Positions 34,030-47,187 are shown, counted from the stretch's first letter. The stretch: DNA of 64,000 nt from a cyanobacterium endosymbiont of Rhopalodia gibba (GCA_045159875.1 CP067995.1:1216001-1280000); one strand, 5' to 3'. Numbers and translations: made by a program. The notes: generated from the sequence alone by a model not told the origin.

Positions 34030-34592
34030 ATTACATGGCTGATGAATCATGGCACAGATAAAAGGTTATGAGTTTTCTATCTAAAGTTAATTTTGTGCCT
34101 AACCCATCCTGCAAAATCTAACCATGGATAAACTTAAAATTTCTTGACGATCAATTAAATAGGAATGACTTCAAAAAAATCTCGTCAAAAACGACTTACA
34201 TAACTTGACTGACTTCGCCTATTATATCTGCGGATAAAGGAAATTCTAAAACTTTTGAATCAAGGAATCGGATATAAAAATTGGCATCATTTATACTAAA
34301 TTCCAAAACATGAATATTCTAGGCTAATTTTGTATAAATTTTGCTAAGATATACGGGTTTATATTGTGCAACCGGAAGTACTTTCTTTAGAGTAGAAAGA
34401 CAAGACCTCTACTTTTCTTGAACGTCTGAAAAAATTATCTCCCCATTCTCGCTATTAGTAGATAGACTCAAATTAGAAGCAGGTTGATAAGGGGGGAGTT
34501 GAGGTGAACCTAAACCTTAAGCTGAAAATTTCCAAAAACTTCAACCTACAATGATTAAAATAATGGTGGTAAATTAAAGAATGACTAAACAT
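34030..34592 (-). pseudogene. Peroxiredoxin Q/BCP pseudogene
   Basis: PYQPASNLSLSTNSENGEIIFSD, FYSKESTSGCTI, DSKVLEFPLSADIIGEVS, SFLFN/LIDRQ fragments resemble FYPKDFTSGCT..DSEGLKFPLLAD. Confidence 0.75.
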
Positions 34593-34949
34593 AATTTTAG
34601 TTACTATTGCAACAGTAATTTTGATTAACTTACAGTTAATTAATGCTAATACATTCAGCTCTGGTTAAACTCTATTTTTGTTCTTTAATTCCTATTAAAA
34701 GCGTTTTTTGGGGGCATAAAACTGAAAGATTTTTTTTGTACCTCTATCTATTAGGCATCTAGGTAACTAGAATTCCTATAATAGTCTAGCTTTTTTAAAT
34801 GCTTCTCGTCATACTCCCTCACTTCATCAATAGTTAACCACCTCAAGCTGTACAGGCTTCCTTGACTCTTAAAGAACTCATGCCCCTTTTACCTTTTAGT
34901 AGCAGGGTAAGTCACATTGCTTCTTAAAACCGTACTTTTCATAGGATAA

Positions 34950-35400
34950 ATAGTTTTTTGGAAAATTCACTGGATTATTTTGATGTCAATAAACTCCCCA
35001 CCATCATTGAGATAACTTGCAATGGTTTGACAGAATCTTCCCCTGGCGAGCATAGTCCAGAAGTTATACGCCAAAAACATAGGTCATAGAAAGTTAGCGG
35101 ACAATAATGTTTGACATTGTCCTACTCAAAAGAAATATGCTCATCGGCTAATGTATTTCATTCAAGCTCTACCATGAACAGAACTTGCTCCTTTGCTTTG
35201 TACAAGAAACCCTCAGTGTAATGACCCGTACCGCAGGGCACACACAATAATAAATAGCCTATCCCTAACATCAAAGGTATCATCGAGCAATCCTTTAGGA
35301 GGATACTGTTGTGCTAACTTCGGACAACCAACTGGCTTAGCCTCCTTAACATATTTGGACTAAACTATCGCATTTTGTTTCAGTGGTTGGTATCATGTTT
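34950..35400 (-). pseudogene. Class I SAM-dependent methyltransferase relic
   Basis: VPCGTGHYT (motif I-like), GASSVHG, FCQTIASYLNDGGEFI; frameshifted. Confidence 0.5.
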
Positions 35401-35619
35401 GTTAATTTCATTAATGTTCATATCCTTTAATTATGGGGATAGGTATTTGATAAACTGTTCAACAAAGTATTCAGTTAGCCAGTAAGTTATTCAAGTTGAA
35501 GTATATTTTTTTTGTTGATAAAACATTGTTAAAAGTAGTTAGAGTCTAAAATAATTGAAGGTAAAGAGCATGTTTTTAATGTTTATTTGTTTAGCACTGA
35601 AACATTTATCTAAGCATTA

Positions 35620-36895
35620 ATACTTTGTGGAAATATAGTTCCTATAATAAGGAAAATATTGTCCTCAGGAAAGAATTTGAGATGATCAGATATCAAAGAA
35701 AATTTATATTGGATAGCCTGAAGTGTGAGTTATCGAAATAGATGCCAAATTAGTCACTTTCATCCCCTGTCACACCAGTACAACTTTATCTCCTATCACC
35801 TCCTCTACTGAGGTTTTCTGGGCAACTAGACTATCAAAAATACTCATATCCATAATACTTATGTAGATAGTTCCTAAAACTGAAATTAAGTATTTTTCCC
35901 TGATAATTATTAAACCGGCTATATTTTATAGTCAAAATTAGGGAAAATACTATAAAAGATAGTATCAGAGTTAGTACAGTAACTTGTGAAAGGTTTTTGT
36001 CAAAAATATTGCAGATAGTGGCATTAAACAATGATTTGTTTAATGCCACTATCTTTCTTTAAGTCTTCTAGTCCCGCAGGGAAGTTTCGCCGCAGCATAT
36101 CGGAAGCAATCAGCTGGAGAACACCTCAAAGGAGTGACCCTATGGCAAAACTGCTGTAATACTTTAAAGTTGACCGACAGACCTAAATAAGATCTGAAAA
36201 GAGTAAAAACAACTATCTACCACAAAAAACCGGAAAATAACAACTAAAGGCTCTTGGCTATTTTTTGTATGGTGAACACCAAGGAAATTTTTTTTTTCGA
36301 CCGCGAAACTATAGAATAAAAGTATCTCGATTGCAAAGTCCGTTTGAGTTCTTGTGGGGGACTTTTAGGTAATGTTTGATTCATGGATCGAAAAAATTTC
36401 TTTTTATTCCCAATTATGAAGAGATATCACAAAAATTGTTCGACAATGTAAGGATAAATATGGAGATGTTGCTCTTACAGCTGTTGAACTTGTAGGGTTA
36501 AGAAAAAAACTATATATAGAGTTTAAAGTTTTTAGATAATTCTCCAGTGTTGGTAAACTTTTATAAATCTATGACTTTATCTTGTCAAACACCAATTTTA
36601 AAGATGAGTTTTGCGGCGGCTGAAGCTGGCAGAAGTTTCCCTTGGTCCGGAAAAAACTAAGGATCGATAACCCTCCCTATTAATTTTAGAGATCAGGGGC
36701 AACAACTTTCGAAAAGATTTTATAGTGGTATAAATCAAGAAATAAGGAAGAAGTCATAGATAGCCTTGAGAGGATAAAGTTTCCATGTGAAGAGAAAAAA
36801 AGATTAGCAGAGTTTGAAATTGTTTCTACATTCGTTAGCATTTCTTATGGACTTTGTTCCCCATTTATTGAAACCTATACTGGTAATCACTTTTA
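35620..36895 (+). pseudogene. Pseudogene of a large conserved cyanobacterial hypothetical protein
   Basis: One frame stays protein-like through many stops: GNIVPII, DIKENLYWIA, QYNFISYHLLY*GFLG, ISWRTP..SDPMA, KVSRLQSPFEFLWGTF, GDVALTAVELVGL, later WQKFPLVRKKL..DNP and ERIKFPCEEK. Confidence 0.6.
36013..36054. repeat. Perfect 19-bp inverted repeat inside a pseudogene
   Basis: agatagtggcattaaacaa tgat ttgtttaatgccactatct. Confidence 0.95.
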
Positions 36896-37140
36896 GCTTA
36901 TACACCCTTTTATTTTTACTCCTTCAGGTGTATTTAGAATACAGATCTGTTAAGGTTGACAATAGAATAACTTTAGACATTATTTCCGAGAAGTGAAAGT
37001 AAATCCAACAATTTATATCACTAAAAGTTGTGTACTTATATAATCCCATTTTAACAACCTTGATCCCTTGATGATAGAAACTTATAGAGATAATGATAAA
37101 ATGAGATGAGGACTTGTATTGTTACAATAGGAGACCATTG

Positions 37141-37881
37141 GTGCTATCTTCTCTCATTGTTGACTTTCGCATCATCTTTGAGCGTGACCCTGCAGCCCGT
37201 AATTGGTTAGAGGTTCTTGTTTGTTATCCAGGTTTGCAAGCCTTAGTTTTTCATCGCTTTGCACATTTCTTATATTGCCTTGGCCTTCCCTTCATTCCCA
37301 GATTGATTTCCCATCTAGGTCGCTTTTTGACCGGAATTGAAATTCATCCAGGAGCGAAAATTGCCCAAGGAGTGTTTATTGATCATGGGATGGGAGTAGT
37401 GATTGGAGAAACAGCTGTTGTTGGAGATAATAGCTTGATTTATCAGGGGGTTACTTTAGGGGGAACTGGTAAAGTGACAGGCAAACGTCACCCCACTCTT
37501 GGTAAAAATGTGGTAGTTGGAGCGGGGGCTAAAATTCTCGGTAATTTAGAAATTGGTAATAATGTCCGCATTGGGGCAGGATCAGTGGTGTTACGGGATG
37601 TTCCTTCAGATTGTACTGTGGTTGGAATTCCAGGACGCATCATTTATCAATCAGGGGTTCGAGTTAATCCTTTAGCTCATAATAATCTTCCTGATTCAGA
37701 AGCTAAAGTAGTACGATTGCTGCTAGACCGCATTGAGTCCTTAGAACAGGAAGTTAAAGAATTAAAGCAAGATTTTAAGAAAGATAAATCTAGAGATTGG
37801 GATTTGGTAACTACTACAGTGGACTCATCTTCTTTTATTCCTAGTCAAAGTTGTAGTCTGAGTGACAAAGAGATTGAATAG
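37141..37881 (+). CDS. cysE: Serine O-acetyltransferase; C-terminal tail apparently truncated
   Basis: [48 protein letters not shown]; start taken at GTG 37141. Confidence 0.95.
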   Translation: MLSSLIVDFRIIFERDPAARNWLEVLVCYPGLQALVFHRFAHFLYCLGLPFIPRLISHLGRFLTGIEIHPGAKIAQGVFIDHGMGVVIGETAVVGDNSLIYQGVTLGGTGKVTGKRHPTLGKNVVVGAGAKILGNLEIGNNVRIGAGSVVLRDVPSDCTVVGIPGRIIYQSGVRVNPLAHNNLPDSEAKVVRLLLDRIESLEQEVKELKQDFKKDKSRDWDLVTTTVDSSSFIPSQSCSLSDKEIE

Positions 37882-40001
37882 TTTTTCAGCGATGTTGGAC
37901 AATAATTGTTCTCTTCAACATTAAAATTACTCTAGTAAATACAGAAATATGGAAAAAAATTTGAGAAAAAAATAGAAGTATTATCAACAAATTTTAATTT
38001 TGTAAGTCGCAAACGGAATCGTGGTTAATTCAGTCCCTTTTTATAAAAGTTTGTATAAGAATAGTTTTTTTATTTCAAAACCTAGCAATAGATGCAAAAC
38101 TAATTACAATAGATGTGATTAGTTTTGCAAAAGTTATTCGAGCAAACAGTTGTTGATTATTTAAGTTTGTAAGTTTTGTCTTCCCCTAGTTTTACTTGAT
38201 TTGGAATAGTAACCTGATAGATAGGAATAGGAAACAGGGAATAAAAAACAGTTAAGAGAAAAAAATTAAAAAAATGTCAGATATTAATTATTTTAAAGAC
38301 TTAATCATTTAGAATTTGGTAAAAAAGCATAGATGTCTCAGAAAAGTGCAATTTACTCACTAGAATCTTTCCTGAAAATAAAATATACAGTTTTATTTAA
38401 CAGATTAAGAGAAGTATTATCTCAATTTTAGCTAAAATAACATCGAAATAATGAAATATAATTTAAGAAAAAATATCATTTTTTTTAAAAGTACAAGGTT
38501 CAGTTAATAAAGAACAAAATTTATCTATTTTTTTCTCCGAGGGCATAATTATACTCGAAAAAAGAAGTATAAATAATTCTTTCTTTATTAAAGTGAAAAA
38601 ATTTAATTATTATTAATAATATCGGTTAACTCAAAAGTTAAAATTTATTCTCCATTTCATACTTCAACTTTTAAAGTATTATTGTTATTTAATATGGTTA
38701 AAAACAACATATTTTCAATTATATTAATTAGTAAAATAAAGATATATAATCCAAAATTATAACTAATAGAAAGAGCATAATAAGAAGTGCATAAACAATT
38801 AAATTAAATAATATAAGATACTTGAGATCAAAAATAGAAGGAAAATCATGAGATAGTATTAGTTAATTTATAGGAGAAGTAATGAATTATATAAAATATA
38901 AATCAAAGATTTAAAACATGGTGACAATAAATTCATTAAATTCTAAATATGGAACTTTTAAAAGGGTAGTAATCACAGATTTTAATGAATCTAAATGTTC
39001 TGAAGTTAAACTCATTAAAATTTAAACTATAAAATGTGTTTATCTAAGAAAAATGTACTTATATATTGAGAACGCTATCATACATAATATTTTTTATACT
39101 AATTTAATAGATTAAAACATAGTCTAATTTGGAAGTAAATTTTAGTCAGATAAAAGATAGTTTTTTGTATATACACAGTAATACATTTTTATTCGTTTGT
39201 ACATCATGTAAAAACATTATGGATATTTTGAGATATAAATAAGAAAACCTAATCTAAATAATTTTAAAAACGCTAATTTTAAAAAAGTTCTATTTTTTGT
39301 ACCGTTTATACTCAATTACTTTTTAATTTCTATTGATATCAAGCTATTTCAGCTTCTATTTTATTGCATTTATCCATAACATAACCCAGTTTTAAACTAA
39401 ATATAGTTGTTAAAAATTACCTATAATAATGAAAGATAATTTAGATAAATATGATACTCATAAAAATCTTATTTTATTCAGTATTTCAGTTTTTTAAACC
39501 CTAAAAAATATTAGAAGTATTTATGGTATTTAAACGTCTACACCTATACTATTTAATTAGCTCTTGCAACATCTTAAACTTATTTTTATTTTTTAGACAA
39601 ATAGGATTTTCAATAGCTAAAAAACTGTCTAATTTTTTTTAAAAATATATTTTCACCTTACCAACGTTTTTATTCAGAGTTTTATAAAAAGACAGTATTG
39701 TAAATAGAATAAAATCAAAAATAAAAAAACATTTAAAAAAGAAACATTAATAATTATGATAATTTAATTACACTGAAAAAAAATACTAAAAAACTTACTA
39801 TGCGAAGTTTTCTACAAACTTTAAGATAAGAAATGGCAGAGATTTGTTCAAAAATCATCAATTCTGATTAAATAATTAATTTTGATCGAGTCTGCAGTAG
39901 TTATAATAGAATTTTTTTCTTACCTCATTATAGATCGCTTATGTATTGTATCCTACCAAAACTATTATTCATATTTATAGAAAATTTAATTTTTAGTGAC
40001 T

Positions 40002-40619
40002 TTACGGATTACTCCAAAACTGTATACATTGATAGCCCAATTCTTCTAACATCTGTCTAAGCAAAGGAAGACTTAAGCCAATGACATTACTGTGACACCC
40101 TTCGATTTTATCAATAAATAAACCCCCTTTTCCTTCTAAGGCAAAACATCCGGCACACTCGAGCGGTTCTCCAGTATTAACATAAGCTTCGATAGAAACA
40201 TCATTTAAATTAGCAAAGTAAACTTGAGTGATACCGCAGCGAATCAAAGTTTTTTGTTGTTTTTGATCAAAAATTGTATGACCAGTATACAGTGTCCCTT
40301 GGTTTCCCCGTATTTTTTGCCAACGGATGATCGCTTCTTCAGGCGAGTTAGGTTTTCCGTAAATTTCCCCCCGCACTACTAATAAAGAGTCACACCCTAA
40401 AATTAGGCAGTCCTGAAAATAAGGGGCAACGGTTTTAACTTTAAAGTGAGCTAGGATTTGGACTAATTCTATAGGATCCTTACATTCTATTTGGGATTCG
40501 TCAAACTGACTATGACGGACAATTGGATCAATCCCAACAGTTTGTAATAGTTTTCGACGTGCTGGAGATGCAGAAGCCAGGACAAAATGAGGAGGAGTTA
40601 AAAACGAAGATACAACCAT
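40002..40619 (-). CDS. maf: Maf nucleoside triphosphate pyrophosphatase
   Basis: [50 protein letters not shown]; start uncertain. Confidence 0.92.
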   Translation of the reverse strand: MVVSSFLTPPHFVLASASPARRKLLQTVGIDPIVRHSQFDESQIECKDPIELVQILAHFKVKTVAPYFQDCLILGCDSLLVVRGEIYGKPNSPEEAIIRWQKIRGNQGTLYTGHTIFDQKQQKTLIRCGITQVYFANLNDVSIEAYVNTGEPLECAGCFALEGKGGLFIDKIEGCHSNVIGLSLPLLRQMLEELGYQCIQFWSNP

Positions 40620-41410
40620 TATTAATAATAAATAAGATACAAAATATTTTCGAGAAAATCTTAAAGTTACCAATCGGTAGGAAATTTACGAAATATATCA
40701 ATTAGTTTCCTCTTAAAAAAGTTTTATTTAATTTAATTTTTATCTAATTTTAGATAATTCATGAGTTTTACCACACCAGTATAAGAAATTGTACTCTAGA
40801 GCAAGCCAATTATGACTAAAACTAAAAACAGTTTTGCCTATTCTATAGCTTACTATTTTATGTCACTATTGTTGTTACTTTGAGTATTAAGTTACTCTTG
40901 ATTTTTCATAAAAAATCTCGTTTATTTCTCTTTGACTATATTTAAACATTGTTAAACAATGGAGAGATTAAAAGTAAAAAAAATTTTTTAACCAATATAA
41001 ATAGTGATAATACTATGATATTAGTCCTCATTAGTAAGTTTAACCTTGTATGGTATTGCGCAATAATTTACTGAATTTAAATGAGAAAATTAATAAATTT
41101 TTATTAAAAACTAACGACTAATATTTTTGTAGATTACTAAATTTATTTAGATCATTTAGCTCTTATTTTTTGATAAATTACTAATAGTTATGCTAGAATT
41201 TTTCGTCCGCTAAATAGAATCTTAAAACATCATATTTACTTCTTTTTGTGGATGTTACTTACGTTAATTTTAACCCAGTTACTAAAAAAATATATTTATC
41301 CCTGCTATAAACATAGCTAAAAGGTGATTTTATTTTTGCTTAATAACTGATTAGACTACTAACTATCACGATAATTAATCTAATTTTTTCTTACTTAGTA
41401 TTATAATTTT

Positions 41411-41458
41411 CTATATTTAATGGAGTTTAGTTCATAATCTAAACTCCATTAAATATAG
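41411..41458. repeat. Perfect 20-bp inverted repeat with 8-nt loop
   Basis: ctatatttaatggagtttag ttcataat ctaaactccattaaatatag. Confidence 0.95.
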
Positions 41459-44261
41459 GGCAGAATACAATATACAAATTCAAAAATTTTAGATAGAATT
41501 ATTTTAAAAATTGCAATGCATTGATAACTAATGCTTAATTAAGTTTCTGGTAGAAATATTTATTTTTTAAAAAAACTATTTAATGTTCTAATATTTGCAT
41601 GAAATTATAGTATTTATCTGAAGTAACGCTAAAAAAGTGGTTACAAATATTGTTTTTTATCATTCAGTTTATATAAACTATTGGTTGCTTTAAGTATAAT
41701 CAGACTATAAGTTTCTTCTATTATAATTTTTATCTTGTAATTTACCTCAGTTATAATCTTAATAAGATACCAGTAACCATCTTTTAATTTACGATTTTTT
41801 CTACAATAAATCTTTCCTTTTTTAGAGATTGTATCTTTAAAATTTATATTAATTGTCTTTTCTTGTCTAGTTGAAATCATCAAACTATTTTATCCGTACA
41901 AACAATAATATTGTTTTAGCGATTGGTATCAACTAACTAAATTTTTTATTCAGCAAACAAAGATATAATGGTTTATCGAAGTTCATAAAGTAGTTACTGT
42001 AGACTATAGATAAAATATACACAAAAGCATAATTTTCAAATTACAGATGTCCAAGTTGATAATATAAGAACATTAAAATAAAATATAATTTATCTTTAAA
42101 ATTAGCATCTTAACTATACTGCAATTATTAAGGATAATGTCATATAAGGTTACATTTACGCTAAAAATATCTAATTTTTTTAAAAAAACTAATATAAGAT
42201 GTATAACAGTTCCTTAAATGTCATTAGAAACTACTAAAATGGAAGTAAAAAAATAATACTTTTATATTCTCACATTTAAAACTACTGGAAAGATAGAAAT
42301 ATTAAAACGCTACTAAACTTATTTATTTTTTAAGTCAAAGATAATGTATGAATTTAATCGTCGTTAATTTATTACATCAGCTGAGTCCAATCAAAATATG
42401 GTGGCGAGGACAATATTTTAATTAAACCGAAGTAAATTTCAGAGAAATTAAATTAAATAATTCTTAAATCTTAGTAAAGTTCATCAAAGTTAAAATGGTT
42501 TGTTAGTTTGCTAAAAGTTAATTTAGAATCAAAACTAGGCAATTTATATTATCATGTTTTACGGATTTTATTAAAGTCAATAAAAACATTATCTGTAATT
42601 TTCATCTTTTTTACTTTTAAAAAGGAGGAATATTTTAAATTTTTTTTATTGTAAACAGTTAATCATTAGATGAGACTTAGATTAGAGCTTCAAAATTTAA
42701 ACGAGAAAAGAAAATTTTTTATAATTGTAAGATTTATTTAGATAATCTAGGTAAACTATCTTTTAAAAGAATAAAAGTAAATGGTGAATACAATTGTGAT
42801 TAATAACTAAATTAGTCCTAGCTTTTGTCTTCAATATTTTTTATGTTTAATAATTTTCCATATTTCTACATAAAAATTTTACAAAGTTTTTTAAGAAAAT
42901 TACTATTTCTATCTCATTAGAATTGCTTCTTTCAACCACTAATAAGAGAAGCTTTATGGAATCAAATCTTAGAATTGAATATAAAATAACTGAAAGCTAT
43001 CCTAAAATAGCTAAATTTAGTTCTAAATTTAATTAATTAACATTCAGTTAAAGAAGTTTAATTATTAAAAAATTTTTATCAATAGAAAATAATATAAGTT
43101 AGTTTTATAACAAAAAAATAAAATCTCTTTAAGAATTACTCGAGTATATTTGCTGGGATACTCTTTGGAATTAGAGTAATAAAAAAAATAGAGAATTAAT
43201 AGACAACTCTTAAGTTAATAGTTAATGAGTATCTTAAAACAACTGATAAATGATAAAGTAGAAAAAGTTTGCTTAAGTTATAGGAATTTATTCAGTTAAG
43301 TGAAGAAATAAATTTAAAAGTCAACTCATTATCATTAATTAAATTTATTTTGATTTTCAATGAAAATATAGCAATTTTATACTAAATAAAATTGTCAGGT
43401 AACAGATTCTACTTAAATAAATTAAACAAATCAAACTATTCCTGCTTTATTGAAAATCTAATAATGATCAATAGTGAGTTATTCTAAATTTAGAATATCG
43501 TTGATTAAACTGACTTAAGCATCTAATGCTATCAGTATAGATTAACTGAAAATTTCAAGTTTGTACAACTTAATTTATACGTAAAATACTTTGAAATACT
43601 GTCTTTCTAAAGAGAAACAGCTTTTAATAAGCCTATGATTGACAATCCAACTCTTTCTTTATATTTTTTGAAAATTCTTATAGAATAGGTCTAGTAGAAC
43701 TAAATTATGACAAAATTTTAAATTTAGTCCAAATATTGTTCAAATATTTATATCACTCTCATGATTCACCTTTTTATTAATGAATAACCTAAATATTCAG
43801 AATTGACATGCCCTAAAGGGTTTTAAACAAATTTGAAATTACTGTGATGGGTAAATTTAATTATATTTTATTATCAACTTTGTAATCTAATTACCCAAAA
43901 TTAATTGATTCTTCTAGACTAAGTCTTATCAATTAGTAGATATAACTGCTAAAATTCTTACCTTAAATATGTAAGGTAACTCCAAAAATTTAATTTTTAC
44001 AAAAACTCAATCTTCTACAAAGTAAGAATTTTAGCTTGTGTTTATTATGATTTCGTCATAGCTAGTCTAGAAAAGTCAATTAAACTAATTTTTAGTTAAT
44101 TCCATTGAGATAAAATCTTACTATTTTGTCCTTAATAAGTATATTATAGCAACTACCATACTTATGAGATATAAAGTGGTTTAGTTTTTGGGAACGCCGG
44201 AACAAAGATATAGATTAAAGTTTACCTCATGAGTCTAAGAAATCCTCTAATTAATTAGAAG

Positions 44262-45305
44262 TTAAACCGATACTAAATTTCTCTTTTCCGAATTATCTTG
44301 GAGTAATCCAGTAAGTAAAGAAGCAGGAGGTTCTTTATAAGGCCAAGCAAACGCATGACGAAAAGCTGAATCTTGACAAGCTTGCAATTGGTTAAAATCA
44401 ATAACATCTTGAGTCAATAGATTTTCGTATTCAAAGGGGAGACGGACATTATGTAACCCGGCATTATCTGTACAAATTGCAATATCAACTCCTGCTTCAA
44501 AACAACGATCAAAGACAACTTTCAATTCTTTTAAATCTTCTAGTGTTCCTGTCTTTAAATAAGTAGTTGGACAGACTTCTAAACATTGTTTTGATTGAGC
44601 GATTTCTGGTAATAATTCAGGATGCTTCAAAGGGATTTGAATCCCGTGACCGATACGCATTAGATAAGGAAGAAGTTCTCGATAACAACCATCTGGGGTT
44701 TCGTAAAGGTGTCCAGTAGTTTTTAACCCTAAAGAATGAGCATACTGATATAAACTAGTAAACTCTCCTAATCTTTCTTCGTAATGAGAGTCTCCTCCTG
44801 CTATATCAACAGCGCAGACATAACCTCTTGTATTAGCTGCTAAATCAATAATCGCTTTATTAACTTCATAGGGTAAACGGGAGTGCATACAAAGAATCTG
44901 GCTAATAATAATCGGATATTCTTTAACTTGAGTTGCTTTTCCAACAATTTCAACAATATTTGTCATGCTATCAATCCGTTTCGATTGGCTCAGATGGTCG
45001 GGGGTCCGTAAATAAGGGGTGTAGCGCAACTCTAGATAGGCTAAATTCTCAAAAATATAAGCCCCTCGAATCAATCGATAAATAAAATAGGGAAGGGTCT
45101 GTTCTGTTTGAACCTTTTCGACGAGAGTGTGTAACTCTAGATATTCATCGAGAGTATTACGTTTACGGGTGTAAAATTTTTCAAATCCTGGATATTCAGG
45201 AAATCGCAGTGCCATTTCTAAGTCATGGCGTTTAAAATATCGCCAGAGAATGCGAGGAACCACAGATCCTCCTAAATGACGATGTAAGTCTGCGTATAGA
45301 GCCAC
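44262..45305 (-). CDS. Adenosine/adenine deaminase family protein
   Basis: ADLHRHLGGS (HxH), YLELRYTP, TGHLYE, RIGHG, LEVCPT, ICTDN. Confidence 0.9.
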   Translation of the reverse strand: MALYADLHRHLGGSVVPRILWRYFKRHDLEMALRFPEYPGFEKFYTRKRNTLDEYLELHTLVEKVQTEQTLPYFIYRLIRGAYIFENLAYLELRYTPYLRTPDHLSQSKRIDSMTNIVEIVGKATQVKEYPIIISQILCMHSRLPYEVNKAIIDLAANTRGYVCAVDIAGGDSHYEERLGEFTSLYQYAHSLGLKTTGHLYETPDGCYRELLPYLMRIGHGIQIPLKHPELLPEIAQSKQCLEVCPTTYLKTGTLEDLKELKVVFDRCFEAGVDIAICTDNAGLHNVRLPFEYENLLTQDVIDFNQLQACQDSAFRHAFAWPYKEPPASLLTGLLQDNSEKRNLVSV

Positions 45306-46149
45306 AGAAACCTCCTGACAATAGATTGGGTTAAGATTATTCTAGTGTGTCTAAAGCCAAATTAGGTGAATTTCTGGCAAATTCTTCAGACGGTTTCATT
45401 ACAATGTTCCTAGTCCCTACAATTAAAGAAAACTAGAAATATAAAAGCTGATCTCATATTGATTTTTAATATTAGACATTTTTATTAAAAATAAAACTTA
45501 ATAAAATTAGACTAAAAAAGTCACCCAGGTTATTTGTAGTAAAACACTAATTATGGAAAAAGTTAAATATAAATTTTTTTTTGAATTTATTAGACATACC
45601 ATTTTTTTGAAAATTATCAGCTATTTTACAATGAAGATTGTTTTGTCTCCTCAAAGAGGAGATAGTAATGTATTTTTATAATCAGCTGATTACAATATTC
45701 CAGATATCTAGCCTACTTCTTTAAAAGAAAAACTGTTCTGAGTTTCTCTTACAATTGGTGCATTATTCAAATAATTAGTTTCTTTTTACACTCCTAATTT
45801 AACTTGTTAATTTATACTTAAATTTGCATAAAAATTAGGTAAATATATTTGCTATTATTTAACTTACATATATTTACTTCTATTGAGTTTTAATTAAAAG
45901 AGACTTTTCTTTTGCTAGGTTTTTTAAAGTTTTTAAGTTTTTTGTTTAAAAAATTTTTCTGAATTATCTAAATTAGACACTAACTGATTTCACCACATTA
46001 AATTTATAATACTACTTCAGTCTATAGTGTTAATTAACAACATTCTCATAGAGGTTGATCAAAAATTCTAACCTCTTCCGTAAATTTAGTTCCATATTGA
46101 TTATATTTAATGTAACAACAATTAATATCTAGATAAAATGCTTTTACTG

Positions 46150-47118
46150 CTCTATTCTAGTAGTCTTAGTGATCCAATTTATTGAAAGATTTGGCAAACT
46201 CCAGCAGAACAATAGTTTGAAAAGATTAGAAAACCTAGTTTTGTTGAGTTTCTAGCTATTGTTAATTTATCGTTTTACCAATTATGATATTCTGGTCAAG
46301 CCCTAAAGTATTTATAAGTTTGTCCGCCGACGGTAATAGTCCTAATTTTTAGGGAGCAGACCTCAAGCGAAAGGGATATTAACTGCGTCTCTGGTCACCG
46401 TATAATCAGGGCGATTTCCACTCCCCTTATTCCTGACCATAGGATATTCAGTATTAATGCTTATACTAATAATTCGAAAGAAATGAGGATTTTTGACTGG
46501 ACTTTTTTGTCTTCTAGTTAAGATTACTAACAGCCTGAGAAATCTGCATCAGATTAGCTCAATTCATTTCTTCGTGTCCATGGAACTAAATGTCCATCAC
46601 TGCATCCCCAATCTATTTATCAACCCAACTCCCTGCTTGACAGAACAAATTTACAATTAGAGAAGACAGTAGTTTGTAATCAAGTTGCCTAGCTAAAGCT
46701 ATAGAACTTCTCAGATTTACCACTTTTACTGGAATTAAACGGTGTCGATGTAGGATTATAATATCCTTATGTTAGGGTTTCTCATTTATCTTAAAAACGC
46801 AATTGTATTGAGATAAAAAAATTAAACTTTCATCCGACCAAAAGAAATAAATTCCCATTTTTAGTCAAAATCTAAACACTGATACAACCCTCATTAACAA
46901 AAATTCAGTTACTAATTTCTAAATCAATGAGAATAAATTCTTCTGTCTATCTTGACTGCAAAATTGGGTAATTGGGAGAAACACAATTATCATTGACCAT
47001 ACAATCATTATCTTTACTTTGTAAAATATCCCAATAGTTCTTTTCTCCTAAAAATTAGGTAACATTTATCTTTTTCGATCAATCAAAGTATATGAGGGGT
47101 ATGAGCCAGATTTTTCAT
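46150..47118 (-). pseudogene. cya1: FHA-domain class III adenylate cyclase (Cya1-like) pseudogene
   Basis: FHA relic KDNDCMVNDNCVS..ILQS..EFILIDL; cyclase relics RLIPVKVVNLR..LARQLD, GSWVDK*IGDAVM, INTEYPMVRNKGSGNRPDYTVTRDAVN. Confidence 0.8.
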
Positions 47119-47187
47119 GGATTTCTTAGGGACGAAAGCATAACGATAATCGCATAAGTTGGAAATCTATTTTAAACTTGATCTTCA

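Noticed and set aside
34825..34920. Possible IS200/IS605 end remnant
   Set aside because: Weak resemblance to subterminal motifs; no tnpA or tnpB relic nearby.
36065..36145. GC-richer patch resembling a riboswitch or ncRNA
   Set aside because: No convincing match to glycine, glutamine or c-di-GMP aptamer consensus; explained as coding relic within the 35.6-36.9 kb pseudogene.
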